64,000 bases of DNA from Azolla caroliniana (GCA_043228905.1 JBHGNT010000006.1:22754001-22818000); one strand, 5' to 3'. Shown: positions 1 through 14,175, counted from the stretch's first letter. Numbers and translations: made by a program. The notes: generated by a model from the letters alone, not told the origin.

Positions 1-744
1 CAGGTTTTGCAGGTTCCGGAAACACTTGAAGACTTCACTCTTCCGCTCAATGAGGTAGATCCATGTGTGCCAGCTGTAGTCGTCGATGAAGGAGACAAAA
101 TACTGACTCCTGCCAAGACTAACGTTCTGTGCCAGTCCCCATACATCCGAATGAATAAGGTCGAGCTTGTTACGGCTACAGTTTCATTTGGTGGGGAATG
201 GAAGCCGGTGTTGCTTCCCAAGTTGGTAAGATTCACATATTTGGGCCTTCTGGCCACTGAACTTTGGCAAACCGAAAATAACTTGTTTCGTTTGCAGGTC
301 TTGAAGCCTCTGGTAATTGACGTGGCCAATCCGCTTGTGCTAGAGATCGATATCCGATTTAATCTTCTGTCCTTTGGCGAACAAAGCGGTGCCGATGTCA
401 TTGGTGTCGAGGATAAACATCCTCTCGTCTCTGCGCCCTTGCCCAATGATTTGGCCCTCTTCCTTGATGAAGCACCCGAGGTGTGTAAACCGCACCTGCA
501 TCCCCTGGTCAACGATCTGACCGACTGACACCAGGTTCTTCGTGATAGTCGGAACGTGTAATATGTTCATCAGCTTCCCTGTCACGGATCATAAACTCAA
601 GAGACAAGCAAGAAGATAACCAAATGGACAAGAAAGAAGATAGTATTAAAGGAAAGACTCCATAACTGGTGTTGTTCAACATGAATTCCTTCAAGGTGAA
701 CTCCTCTATTTATACTACATGGCATGCATACTTGTTGCACGCTT

Positions 745-3415
745 GGACGACCTTTGGGGCATTTTGTAAATTTGCCGATGGTTCCCATGTGGCCTCAGAC
801 ATGGGGTAACCCCTCCATAGGACGAGGTATTGCAAGTGTCGACGGTGCCAACGCGAGTCAAGGATTTGGTCGACCTCGTATTCCTCCCCTGTCGTCAATT
901 GCACAGGTGGTGGTGGTGGGGTTTGACGTCCTGGGAGTTGTGAAACATAATGGGGTTCGAGGAGGGAGACATGAAAAACATCGTGAATCCGGAAGTGGGA
1001 TGGAAGGGCGAGCCGGAAGGCGACGGGATTGATGCACTCGATGATACGGAATGGTTCCAACTTCTTGTAATCAAGTTTCGCACATGGATGAGTAGTAGAG
1101 ATGTGTCGACATAACAACCAGACCATGTCTCCAACGACAAAGTGTGGAGTAGAAGATCAATGGAGATCAGCCTGCTTCTTGTATCGTTCACTAGCAAGAC
1201 TAAGCTCCAAGGATAAATCATGATGTAGTTCTTCCAAAATGCGGGCGCGATCCTCCGCCGAAGGGTTCACGGAAGTGGTAGGAAGGGGAATGTTGAAGCG
1301 AGGATGTAAACCGTAGTTGGCAAAGAAGGGAGTGACGCCAGTCGATGCATGGAGAGAATTATTGTAGGCGAATTCCGCGAGCGAAAGTAAGTTGACCCAA
1401 TCATCTTGTTGGTAACTAACCGAGCACCGAAGATACTGCTCAAGGATTTGGTTGACACGCTCCGTTTGCCCGTCAGTTTGGGGGTGATAAGTGGAGGACA
1501 ACTTGACAGAGATGCCTAAAGTTTGTAGCAAGCGCTGCCAGAAGTGAGAGACAAACTGGGGTCCACGATCCGAGATGACATCATCGGGGAGTCCATGCAA
1601 GCGTACCACATTGTTGAGTAGGAGATGCACCATTCCTTCTCCGGAAATGGTTTTGGAGTATGGAGTGAAGTGAGCCATCTTCGTAAACCGATCGACAACG
1701 ACCAACACCGAGTCATAGCTATTGACTAAGGGTAGATCAGTTATCAGGTCCATAGAGATAGAGGCCCAAGGACGACGAGGACATGGAAGCGGCTGTAGTA
1801 AGCCGTATGGCCAATGATGAATGGCTTTGGAGCGAGCACAAACCTCACAACTCTTTATGTATTCTTTGACCATCTTCCATGGTTGTGGCCACCAATACCC
1901 CCGAGAGATTAGCTCGAGAGTTTTCGCGACACCGAAATGACCTGCAAGTGGGTCATCGTGACATTCCCGCAACACTCGGGTGCGACATGGGCCCTCTGGG
2001 ACATATAAGAGATGATCTCGGAACAACAAACCCTCTTGTATGGTGAAGGTGTCAAGATCCTTCCTTTTGGTCGCCTTGGAGGGGTTTTGCAGACTATCTC
2101 GAATCTCGTTGGTGAACACATCGGTCTTGGATGGATCAATGATTTGTTGGAGTAAAGAATTGTCCTGCAACATACAAGTGGCAAAAAGATGCAATTGGTC
2201 GGGTTTCAACAAACGTCTAGATTGTTGAGCATAAGCAGCATCCCCAGGGCAGAGTGCAAGGTCAGCTCGGCGAGAAAGGGCATCAGCCTTCCCATGTTGG
2301 CCACTAGGTCGAAATAGGATCTCAAAATCGTAGTCAGCGAGAAATGTTGACCAACAGGCCTGCCTTCGATTCAAAGTACGAGTGGTGGAAAAATAAACTA
2401 AATTTTTATGATCAGTCACTACCTGGACACGATGTTGTGCGCCGGCCAAGTAGGGTCGCCATTCTTCAAAGGCAGCAATGATAGCAGCAAGCTCCTTGTC
2501 ATAAATGGGATAATTGATTTCGGATGTCGTAAATTTTCGGGAATAGTAAGCCACTGGGTGCATTAGGTTGTTGTCGTCTGCCTGGGATAAGATGGCGCCA
2601 ATGGCAAAGTCAGAGGCATCGGTTTCGACTTGGAAGGGTTTTGTGGGGCCGGCATGTAGCGGCACCGGGGCAGTGATGAATGCGTGTTTGAGTGAGTTGA
2701 ATGCATTTTGTGCCTCCGAGGTCCATAAAAATGGAGTGCCTTTATGGGTGAGAGCGATAAGAGGTTGTGCTAAGGTGGAAAACCCCTTGATGAAGCGACG
2801 GTAAAAATTCGCGAAGCCGAGGAAGGATTGCACATCTTTAAGTTGCCTTGGAGTCGCCCACGCCTGAATGACAGAGACCTTCTTCATATCCATGGTGATG
2901 CCAGTGGGCGAGATGATGTAGCCCAGAAATTCGATCGAGGTACGGTCGAACTCGCATTTCTCGCCTTTGGCATAAAGGCCATGCTCGCGAAGTTTGGCAA
3001 GAACTAATCGGACTTGGCGAGTGTGCTCCTCCATGTTTGGCGAGAAAATGAGAATATCATCGAGGTAAATGACAACAAAAAGATCAAGATATTCCCGGAA
3101 AATATCTTTCATCATATGTTGAAAAACTGCGGGAGCGTTAGTAAGACCAAAAGGCATTACCTTGTATTTGAAATGCCCATACCGTGTTTGAAATGCGGTT
3201 TTCCATTCATCCCCTGGCTTGATGTGTACTAGATTGTACGCTCCACGCAGATCAACTTTGGAGAAGACACACACAACTCGGAGCCGATCAAGGAGTTCGG
3301 GGATCAGAGGTAGCGGATAGCGGTTGCACACAGTGAGTTTGTTGAGACCTTGGTAGTCGACGCATAAGCGTAGAGAGCCGTCCTTCTTCTTCACAAATAA
3401 AATGGGGACAGGAGC
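745..3415 (-). pseudogene. pol: chromovirus pol (RT, RNase H, integrase, chromodomain); protease missing
   Basis: Motifs LCVDY, MPFGLTNAP, YLDD, ETDASDFAIG, HDDPLAGHFG/CEVC, SDRGPQF, HPQTDGQTE. A frameshift separates the GPF/chromodomain part. Confidence 0.92.
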
Positions 3416-3419
3416 ATCT

Positions 3420-4228
3420 TCCGAAGTAGGCGAGTGTGAGGATGCTTGGGGTTGTATGACCGGGGCGTGGCATGGAAGTGAATGAGGTGGAACCCAAGTC
3501 CGGCGCTCTTCTTGGCGAAATTCGAAAAAACGATTGTCACAATGGACTGCTTGTGAAATCGCTTGGGATAACGAGGTGGGCTCCGGAAAGTTTAAGAGAA
3601 GATTCTTGACATTGCTTCGAAGACCGCGCCAAAAGTGATCAGCTAAAGCTTGATCATCCCAATTGACATCGCATGCTAGTTGTCGAAATTCGGAAGCATA
3701 GACCGAAGCTGCACGTGAACCTTGTTCGAGTGCTTAAATCTTGTTAAGAGCTGTACGTCGTCGGTCCGTCTCGCCAAATGTGGCCTCTAACTCCGCGAGG
3801 AAGGTGGGAAAGTCCTCCAATAAAGGTGATGAGGTTTCTACCAATGGTGCAAACCAAGCTTGGGCCGGACCAGAGAGAAGGGTGCCCACAAGGCCGACTT
3901 GTCGAAGACCATCTCCATAACGTTGAGGTTGTAGCCGAATGATAAGTCGAACTTGGTTGATGAACCCTCGGAAACGCGACCTCGTTCCATCAAATTTTTC
4001 TGGGAGGCTAACCTTAGGCTCAAGAAACTGTGACGAAGCTAGGCTAGATGTTGGTAGAAGATCAGGCTCTAGGCTAGGTTGTTGTGGGAGACTAGGGTTC
4101 AGAGGTTGTGAGGATAGGGAGGTACCGACTTGAAGTTCTTGTAAAGAATTTCGAAGAGCTTCATTTTCAAGCTGTAGTTGTCGTAAGGCTACCATTATTT
4201 GGCCTAACTCACTAGTTGAGTTGGACAT
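3420..4228 (-). pseudogene. gag: chromovirus gag (frameshifted near 3734)
   Basis: EPKVSLPEKFDGTRSRFRGFINQVRL, a Tf1/sushi-type gag, clearly related to gag at 33043-34041. Confidence 0.88.
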
Positions 4229-6142
4229 AGCTATGGCTTATGAGAGGGAGAGCTATGAGGATGGGAAGGTGAACAAACTGTCATGGATCATAAACTCAAG
4301 AGACAAGCAAGAAGATAACCAAATGGACAAGAAAGAAGATAGTATTAAAGGAAAGACTCCATAACTGGTGTTGTTCACCTTGAATTCCTTCAAGGTGAAC
4401 TCCTCTATTTATACTACATGGCATGCATACTTGTTGCACGCATGTGAATCTACAATAGAGCATGTAGGTATGCATGCATGTGCCAAGTGTAAATACTACA
4501 AGGGAGCAACTATGCACATGATGCTAGCAAAATAATAAGGACCAATTACATACATAACTAGTACTAGATATCTTGGTTAACTCATAATACTAGATTATAA
4601 CATGGTCGTGTCAAGAGTTCGAATCTTGACATTCCCCCCCTGTCCGACGTGGCTCAAAGGGACTTCTCCGATATGCATGATTGGGTGAGGAGTGTCGTCT
4701 CCGATTCCGATGACTCCTTGTTGTTCCGGTTTCTCCAAGAAGGAGAACCACTCTTTGTGGCTCGTCATGTGATTCGACGCACCGGAATCAACGTACCACA
4801 CTTCCTCCGATTTGGAAGTGGTCTTCTTCATCGAGTTAGCCTCATGTTTCATCACCAAGGCTGGCCCTTTATCGGCTTTTCCGGTTTCGATCCTCCCGAT
4901 CCTTCTACGTAGTGCGAGTATTGCCGGTTCTCTTTGCCGGATCCGGATCTGTCAGCGCACTTCTTCCAGCACTCGTTTTCTCTATGGCCCTTTTTACCAC
5001 AGTACCAGCATTCCATGTCGTCCTTTGCTTGTCGGCCACCGGCGCCACCTTGACTCCCCCTGCTTGTGGAGGGTCCAGAACTGTTGTCGGCATGCTCTTT
5101 GTGCCTTCGGTCCTGCTCTTGCTGGCTGCTACCATTGCGAGCCGATCCGCCTCTGTGTACAGCATCCGGTTGTCAGTGGGTGCACCTTTTGACGCACCGG
5201 CGTGGTTCTCCTCTACAAGGAGCATCGACTGTAAGTCGAAAAACAATGGCGTATTCTCCCATGTACACACAGCAGTTCGGAATGCTCCGAACTTCGACGC
5301 CAGTCCCCTGAGATAGATCTGCACCATCTTGCCTTCCTCGACGTTCACATCGATAGAGGCTAAGGAGTCGCATATATCTTTGATCTTCGAGGTGTAATCA
5401 GCCACCGACAAGTCGCGTTGCCGTAAGTTGCTCAGCTCCTATCGGAGTTGAAGCTTCCTAGCTGTGGTGCTTGCGGCGAAAATCTTCTTCAGATTTCCCC
5501 AACCATCCTTTGGCGTTTTCGCATCCCAAATATAGCTCAGAAGTTGTTCGCCCACACAAGACGCGAAGCAGTACAGTACTCTGTTGGCCAACTATTCCCA
5601 CACCGGGAAATCTCTGTGTGTCGATTCGGGTGCTGTGTCATTTGCTCCGTCAACATAGCTCTAGTAATCGTGCCCGAGCAGGTACTGGTGCATCTTGTAG
5701 GACCAAGACGCATAGTTGTTTCTATCGAGCTTCTCCGTCGAAAGCGAGCTAGCCATGCCTCTATCCATCGGTTTTTAACTATTCTTCTTGGTTGGTTTTC
5801 CTTTCAAGCTATGTCGGCTGTAGAGGTTCTCAACCCTCGCGCTCTGATACCATGTAAAAGAATACGTTGTGCGGAAGCAAATAAAAAACCGAAAACACAA
5901 AAACGCAGGTTTAATGGAGAGCTTGAATATACACAATATGCGGGAGAGACAGAGAGAGTGAGAGAGCATAACAGAAGACTCTATTCAAAATAACTCTAAA
6001 ACTTTGTAATACTTTGTACATCATATGTGTTTAGTGAACACTTTTATACAAGTCCATACGGACTAACAGAAGTACGGTGTACTTCAATGCTCACACGAGC
6101 GTCTGACACTGACTACAAGACATTAGGTCTAGAGGGGGAGGA

Positions 6143-6828
6143 TGTCGTGATGTTTTTGTGCCACGATGAGAAAATAACCTCTACCAAATTATATGAACAG
6201 ATTCAAATCTTTGTAAATGGTTGTTTACCTAAGTAATAGCTAATAACTTGATAAGAACACTCACCATAGGATGATAATAGCTAGGTGAATCTACGATAAA
6301 ACATAATATCGAGCAAAATATTTTACAGCTAAATACCTATTATCAACACACTTGTTATTATCACTATTAGCTATTAGAGCTATTAAAGCTATTAGAGCAA
6401 TTAAAGCTATTAGAGTTATTAGAGCAATTAAAGCTATTATAGCTATTAGAGTTATTAAAGCTATTACCCACTTATTAAGCTAAATACTTATTCAAAGTAC
6501 ATTTTTATCAAGTATTTTCGCTATTAAAGCGATTACCCAATAATGTAGGTGCCTCATATGCATGGGTGACACTTGGCACTCCTACATCCACCTTCCTAAT
6601 ACATGGGTAACACTTGTCATTCCTGCACCCACGTTTTCATGCATGGGTGACACTTGGCACTCATGCACCCACCTTCGTTATGTATAAAAAGGGGAAGAGT
6701 AAACTTATCAAGGGGGAAAGAACAGTAGATGTCAAATACTATTGTAATCAGATAGGCAAGAAACACTATTGTAATCATCTTGATATATCAATACAAACTC
6801 TATTTTCGTTTCTTCTCTTTCTTTGACA
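6143..6828 (+). mobile_element. orphan 3' LTR with its polypurine tract
   Basis: Purine tract AGAGGGGGAGGA (6131-6142) directly precedes TGTCG...TTGACA. Contains TATAAAAA (~6683), 9-bp AGCTATT(A/G) repeats (~6368-6480) and three CATGGGT(G/A)ACACTTG copies. No partner LTR in the window. Confidence 0.5.
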
Positions 6829-9760
6829 AGAAGCCCGATGCTTACTTCCCAGATTCGTGATTTTCTTTTCCATTTGCTCTCATACGACGATATCGACATC
6901 ACAACGCTATATCCAAGGAATATGCATGGGCAGGACTTCAGATCCAATTTCACTCTCTTGTCCTTTGCAAATGCACGTAGGTGAGACAGTTGAACACCTT
7001 CAGATGCCAGTAAGACACGTCTTTACTGGTCCATACTCTTTGTGGTGTGTCTCCGTCCAAGGGCACTAAGGGTGATCTTTTATCACATATGTCGTTGTCA
7101 TCAACGCCTCAAGCCAAAATGTCTTGGATAACTTGGCATGCGCTAGCATACTCCAGACTCTCTCCATTACGGTCTGGTTCATCCTTTCGGTCAATCCATT
7201 CAACTTTGGCGTCTTTGGCATGGTAAATTCAAGCCGGATTCCCTTCAACCCGCAATACTCCTTGAACTGGCCCTGGTATTCTCCGCCATTTTCTGCTCCA
7301 ACCGTCTTCAGCTTCCAGTCGGTTTCCCTTTCCACTCTCGTGTGGAATTCCTTGAAGGCAGATAATACCTGGTCCATCGTCTTCAGCGTTGAGACCCACA
7401 GCTTCTGGTTGTGGTCGTCTATGAACTTCATGAAGTAATGTGATCTGGCATGGGACTTCGTGTCCACTTGGCATACATCGGTGTGCACAAGTTTCAGTGG
7501 TGCGTTCCGTCTCATTGGTGATCGGGTTTGTAAAGAGGTTCGGTTTTGCTTGCCGGCCAGGCAATCGGTGCACTTCTCAAGATTCATGTCCTTCACCTCT
7601 GGAATGAGGTTGTTCTCGGCAAGTCTCTGCATTCCCTTCTGGCTCATGTGGCACAATCTCTTGTGCCACAACTCACTAGCATTTTGGGATGTCAGGTTCA
7701 CTTCTTCTCAGCATATCTGGGCATGCATCAAGTACAGTGTGTTGATCTTCTGGGCTCGGGCCACGATCAAGCTTCCTTTGCAAAACTTCATGACTCCGTT
7801 CCAGATGCTACCCATATAGCCTTCACCGGCTGATATCAGGTTCAACCGAACCTCCGGAACATGTCGTACGTCTTTCAGCAACACCCAGTTGACGTCACCA
7901 AACACACATCTCCTATGCCAACAATTTGGCATGCACCTTCATTTCCCATCCAAACACAACCATGCTCTCTGGCTCTGTACCATGAGAAGCACTTCCGGTC
8001 GTTGGTCAAATGGAACGACGCTCCGGAGTCGACCACCCATGTTGTCTCGTCGTTGATAAGATGTAACTCATTTTCCTCAGTAATGAGCAGCAGTTCTTCT
8101 TCCCATGTCGCGACTGTCGTCGTTCCTTTTCGATTCGAACTCCTCCGATCCAAGCCCTTCTTCGAGTTGACACTGTTGATTCCTTTCTCCTTCCATAAAC
8201 GTCGGCAATTCTTTTGGAAGTTCCCCGGCTTTCCACTATAAAAGTAAGTGGGCCTCCCCCTTGACTTCGAACTCATCCCCGATTTGTCCCAGTTCTAGGG
8301 ACTCCGATTCCGGCCTCTTCCTTGGTTATTGTCATCTTCCAAAACCAAGGCCTTTGGATCGGTTCCGGACTCCTGATCCTTCTGGCGAGCTTCTTAATCC
8401 AGCAAGCTTGATTTTACCCTCGCTAAGGATAGTTGTTTTCCTTCCAACCAAGCATTGCCCAAGGTGACAACTATCGTCTCCGAACTATCTAGGAGGGAAC
8501 CGAGTAGCACCAACGCGGTTACCTCATCGGTTAGAGGTACTTCCAGCGAGGTTGTTTGATTTATGAGCCCCTGGAATGCATTCATGTGCTCCGCCATGCT
8601 GGATCCGTCTTGGTATCAGAGTCTCACTAACTTCCGGAATACTGAAACCCTATTTACGGCATTGTTGCTCTCCAACATCAATGGTTGTTTACATACCCAT
8701 ATTTAACGTTTAAATACGTATAGTACCTCATCATTTGTATAGTACGTACTATACCTCAATGTTGTTCAATCAAATATCATGTACATTTGTCCAATACGGT
8801 ATTTAACTTATTTATAAAAAAATAGGTATAATACGTATTTCTAAAGAAAATGTAAGTAAAACCCCAACAAAAAGCAAAAGAAAAAAAAGATTTTAGTGAA
8901 AAAGAAGCCAAAGGAAGGAAGAAAGAAGAATTTAAGAGACGACGATGAAGAAGATGAAGAAGAAGAAGAAGAAGAAGAAGAAGAAGAGAGAAAAGAGGAC
9001 ATAAACTTGTTCTGGCTTTGAGTGTGATCATCGCAGAAGTTAGAAGAAGAAAACGAAGAAAAGAGAAACCTATTATGAGTGTGATAATCGTAGACGATTC
9101 CTCAATCAATGAAGACATAATTGTAAATAATTACAATTTGAAGTAGAACAACGTGATACACACTTATACTGATTTATAGAATAAGGGAATGTCGACATCC
9201 ATATTACTACAAGTATTTTAGGATGTGAAATGTTCAAATGTCTTAAGTGCATTTTAGGATGTAGAACAATACTGTCATCACAAAATTGGGTAAACATAGA
9301 TGTGTTTTACAATATTATAGATATTTTTTAGAAACGTAAATACTTTTCAAATTCTAGAATTATTTAACATACTATACGTAAAATACTTATTTTATAAGTA
9401 TTTAACATATTAAGATAACGTATTTTTAAATTGGGAGTTACTATACCCGTATTAATATGTTATATACGTATGGTATCTGTACCATACCTAACGCACCTAA
9501 TAACCTTGCCAGCATGGTACCGATTTTCTCCCATATCACATGAGCCTTAATTTCTTCATTAAAGTTGTTGTACAGGCTCATGTCGATGAAGCATCTTATG
9601 TATGTCGTTGTCTTTATGTGCATACCTCCCAAATTGTGGCATCAATCTTGTCTGGTTTCTTGTCCTCGAACTGTACCAGCAGCCAAATATCTTTCACCAC
9701 GAGTATGTCCCTCATCTTCGACTTCCATACTAGGTAGTTGGAGCCGGTAAGCTTGAGTAT
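6829..9760 (-). pseudogene. decayed Copia (Tnt1/Tork-like) gag-PR-integrase fragment
   Basis: LTGSNYLVWKSKMRDIL (gag N-terminus), WVVDSGASFH (protease), LWHKRLCHMSQKGM/CTDC, LVHTDVC, ENGGEY, ERMNQT (integrase), KLDLKSCPCIFLGY. Many frameshifts. Confidence 0.85.
8679..9508. mobile_element. AT-rich non-autonomous DNA element (possible old hAT-type MITE) inserted in the Copia gag
   Basis: Gag reads through on either side (EKIGTML / MLESNNAVNRVSVFRK). Flanked by an imperfect duplication CCAACAT/CCAGCAT and short imperfect TIRs CAATGGTT...AACCTTG. Internal GAA microsatellite. Confidence 0.45.
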
Positions 9761-10425
9761 GTGTGGGTTAATTCTTAAAAGAATGAGCATATGAATTGTA
9801 ATATTCAATTCTATGGTCTGGGATAACTATTAATTGTGTTATCACTTGACAACTTTAAATAAAGTAGTCAAGTGTGAACCCACTAGGGCCTAGGGTTTTT
9901 GCCTATATAAGAAGGCTAGCTACCTTCTTTTTAGGGAGGCTTGACTATCTTGAGACTATGAAAGACTGGGTATGGATCTTATTAGCTAAGTAGGTGTTGT
10001 CCTCGCAAGGCCCAAGGTACGACTTGCATCAAACCTCGATGGTATGGGGCATCGAGGAGGTCTAAGTCTGTCTCACACCATTTCTAGGGGGGTGGTCGGG
10101 CGGTTTGGCACCCCTCTTTCCTTTATTTGGTTTATAATACCTTATTTTTTTGTTTATAAGAAGGCCAGCTACCCAATGGTATGTTTGTGATACTCTAACC
10201 TACAATAACCATAGAGACCATCCAATCCACCAAATTTTGTTCAGATCATATTGCCCAATCCCCATCATATATTCTGAATGTGCCTCCATTTTTGTTATCA
10301 CCTAAATCATCACATTGACATAAAGCCTATATATGCATGAGGGAGTGGCTCCTATGGTTTAGAACATTGAAACGCATCGTAATACATGCATTGCTCTTCA
10401 AGATGTCAATAAGGGAACAAAAAAG

Positions 10426-11781
10426 ATGGCCAATGGGAAAGCAACTAATGTTATCCTCACTACAACTAAGCTCTTAATAAAATGGACCACGCCAAATACT
10501 CATCATTGGATTACGACTTTCATAGGTCAAGCTATTAAACAAGGTTTGTTGAATGATGGGCTCATGAATTGGATTAAGCCAAAATTTAAAGTAGGAGATA
10601 AGAATCAAGTATCAAATTATCGTACAATCATGCTAAGATCAACTATTGTTAAATTGAATAGCAGATGGGTTGAAAGTTAAAACAAATGAGCACTTCGGCA
10701 AGGAAGCTTTAGACCAGAACACTCCATGGTAGACCATCTAGACACATTAAGAGTAATTATGGAAGAAAGTCGACAACAAGGAAAGACGCTCTATTGTTGC
10801 TTTGTTATTTTAAGAACACGAAGTGAACTTTGGAAAAGAATGGTGGAACTTGGCATGCCATTAGAGTATCAAGTTGCTATTGCACGATTATATGAGCAAG
10901 TTAGATGCCATCTAAAAACTGAGAATTGGTTTCTTAGAACACTTTTTTAAGTAACATGGGGCTTAAGCAAGGATGTCCATTATCACCTACATTCTTTGGT
11001 TTATGCATTGATAAATTGAAAGAAATGATGAACAGGATTGCAAGAGAAGATGATTTAGCTGCCCCAAAATTTATGCAATAAGTTATCTTATTGCTTCTAT
11101 ATACGAATGACGTGGTTATCTTTTCATATGATGTTGATGGTATGCAACATTTACTTGGAGCATTAGAAACATTTTAGTAAAGTACTAGACTAACTGTAAA
11201 TGTGCTTAAAACAAAAGTGATGGTATTGTAAAACAATCTAGCCTCACTAATGAAACAAAAATGATGGTACACTTACTTAAGGGAGGACGTGTACAATTTG
11301 TATAAAGATTTAAGTATCTTTGTATCAATGAACTTGCCACAAATAAATGAAGCATATGCTTTGAGTCTAGTTGTAATTGAGGAAAGATTAATGGAACCAC
11401 TACGGAAAAAATGGAAAGATGTTAAAGCGACAAAATTGGAATATTACATTCCAAACATCAATCCTGAATGTTAGGTTCTATTTAAGGCAGGAAGACCTAT
11501 TGATCATATTCAACCTTGCCTCATTACTAACATGAGTATTAACTCTCCTTCACATGCAATCACACAACCTAGGTATTGAAGTTGCATTATGGCATCAAAA
11601 TCAACCAAATGCAAAGGCGTGTAAGGTATGCAAGGAAAGATTAATAGAGGATAAACATCACTTAGTTTTTACATGCTCTGCTGATAGTACAAGTTGTGAA
11701 ATCTATGATAATATATTAAGAGGAGGTGATGACTTGAGTGTCATACTAAAAAGAACACCTAGAAGTTTGAGCTCACATTGA
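10426..11781 (+). pseudogene. degraded LINE (non-LTR retrotransposon) RT and C-terminal CCHC region
   Basis: Collinear fragments in the expected order: FKVGDKNQVSNYRTIML, FRPEHSMVDHL, GLKQGCPLSPTFFGL, LLYTND (YADD-like), and CKVCKERLIEDKHHLVFTC. Confidence 0.8.
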
Positions 11782-14129
11782 GACTTCGTGCTTCAAAGTA
11801 TGGTTATCCCTTCTTAGGAAGAACTCACACCAATACAACTTTTGTACTTAGATCCCATGGGTCAATATTGGCCTCTCTATGGAAGCTTACAATCTCTCCC
11901 GCCCAAGCACATTGGAGTGTGAGTTCCATTTGTTGGCTAAAAATCCACTTTATCATGAGAAGACCAAGCACATTGGAGTGTGATACCATTTCATTTAGGA
12001 ATGCATAGTTGTTGGTTGTATTAGCCTTGAGAAGGTTGTTTCTCGAGAAAATGTTGCATGTGTAGTAACACAATGTATGTCCCTAGTGCTCAAACGTTGG
12101 CTTGATGCTACCTCAATTCAGTCAAAACAATCTATTGAGCACAAAAGAGGCCTCATAGGCTTTGTCTTTCACATTGTGTAACATGTCCATCAGGTAGGAG
12201 AATTAGGTCTCGTACAATCTTCCCATTAATTTGGCCAATGTTTTGGTCTTTGGTGGGAGATTCTTTATATGATGTGAAAAGCCAAAAATATCATATCTCT
12301 TTAACAGGTTGTATATAGGCCAAATAAGTGTGATGAAAGCGTTTGAATCCGCCATAAATTCTATTGTGTTCAGCTTTTGCTCTATGCTTTTCTCTAGTAT
12401 GTTTCTGTTTTTTGCTATTTGCCCAAAAATAGCTACTCGACCGCTTAGTCGTCCCTCCAACAAGTTACACATAATCTATTTTTTCCCCTAATATATTTTC
12501 TTTTTCTCATCATTTGTTCAATCTGTAACAATCAATCACCAATCTTTTTCATTTAAAGGTATTTAATGGGTATTCAAGTTGTAGTACATCAAACATTGGG
12601 TATGTTGTTTGTGTTGGAAAAGCATTAACTAGGCGTGCCATCTACATTAGCTTTGCGACACATTGGGTATACCTTCATCTTTGGTCTTATTATTGGAAGC
12701 AAAGTTGAGGGTATCTTCATGGAAGCTCATTTGAGGTGGTCTAAATCATATTCCTTTTCTTATGAAGATGATAAATTTATCTCTTTTTCAAAGATTATAT
12801 TGTGATTGAATAGCTTGTAGGTGTCTTACATGTATGAGATCATTTATGGTTGTATTTTTGCTCAACTGTTCATTATATTTTGGAAGAGTTGATAATATAT
12901 TACAAAGAGGTGTGAATAGTAATAGAATATTGAAGGGTTTCTAACAACAAAGAACATTAGAAAACCCTTTCTTTAGAAAAGTGAAGGAGGAGAGATTTAT
13001 TAGACCTTCAATATGAAACCTCCCAAAGGTGATCATATCCATCATCTTTGTGGTCATTACCATGAGGGACCACAAGATATTAACAATATTTCATATCTTA
13101 TATTATTGATCATCTTTTCTAGTTGGGCAAGCCTTTCACATAAAAATAAAGTTTTCTTATGATTACCTTCACCACCATTAAGAAAGATGATCCCTACTAT
13201 CACGGATAATATTCCCCCATTATTGTTTTAGATGTTATAAAATAAGTGATAACTTAGGATAAGGATCAACCACACTGGAAAAACGTCTAGAGCTCTTGAG
13301 ACATTTAAAGAACCTAATGGGAAAAGGGATCATCTACCACATGGCCAAGTTTTGTTGTCAAAAGCTTGATATCGGTTTTTCATATGAGCTATATTATGTA
13401 TTTTAGACGAGCTTTTAAAAAACTACCAACATTTAGTCAACCTACTCACACTTTCACAATACTAGCACGATGATTGAACCCTTGTACAACATTGCAATTA
13501 GTTGAATTTGGATCAAAAGATCACGTTTTTAAGCTAGTAACTCTACAATTGTAATGATCAAGAATTGAACAATGTTATGTAGAAATTTGAAAATATAATG
13601 AATCCATAGTTAGTTTTGCGTCTGCCCTCATGTTTAAAGTATTTCATAATGACCATGGGTTGTGGGTAGTGGGCACAGTAACACCTAACGATTTCGAATA
13701 TTCCCTTGTATAAAAAGACCTCAATCAAACACCTCAATATACCCACTCTATTATGTATATTTTCCAAACACTTTATCTTTTGAAAACTAAGGTTCATAAG
13801 AAACACTAAAAACAAAACGGGATTCATGAAAGCAAATTCGGAGAAACACTTTCCCTTGGAAAAGAAATAAGGAAGAAAAGAACAAAACAAAAACAGGAGG
13901 CTTGTGTACAAAGCACAATCATGTAACACACCTTAACACCAACTACGAATTGATGTTTGAAACCCATATGCGAAATAGCCTAAATATAATATACAAACCA
14001 ATTACCATAAAAGCAATGCAATAAATTACAAAGGTTTGACAAGAACTCCAAAGAGAACCACATTGTGAAAGAGAGATTGTTCAGTGTGCATTACTACCAC
14101 TGGTGGATTGTTTATGATATGACATTTGT

Positions 14130-14132
<3 letters not shown>

Positions 14133-14175
<43 letters not shown>
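14133..14175. repeat. (GATA)n microsatellite
   Basis: About 10 perfect GATA units. Confidence 0.95.

Larger units (their letters stand above)
580..4631 (-). mobile_element. Ty3/Gypsy chromovirus (Tcn1/Tf1-like), internally deleted
   Basis: TG...CA ends with a 5-bp TSD TTCCC (575-579, 4632-4636). The 5' LTR is 4279-4631. The 3' LTR survives only as 580-~742. Gag 3734-4228, RT-RNaseH-IN ORF 1157-3394 and a chromodomain (EYEVDQILDSRW..YLVLWRGY..TWEP) in ORF 710-1126. Confidence 0.95.
1..6122 (-). mobile_element. Ty1/Copia LTR retrotransposon copy A (partial: runs off the left edge, 5' LTR truncated, interrupted by a chromovirus at 580-4631)
   Basis: Met-i PBS (GCTCTGATACCA on +, 5841-5852) abuts LTR sequence 5853-6122 that matches the LTRs at 21593/47517. 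Gag fragments (MSVADYTSKIKDICDSL), protease (WYVDSGASNHMT) and integrase start (SDVWG..., YFVSFIDD) are on the minus strand, with stops and frameshifts. Confidence 0.92.

Noticed and set aside
7-528. 173-aa plus-strand ORF and similar antisense ORFs over TE coding regions
   Set aside because: Shadow frames opposite GC-rich Copia/Gypsy coding sequence.
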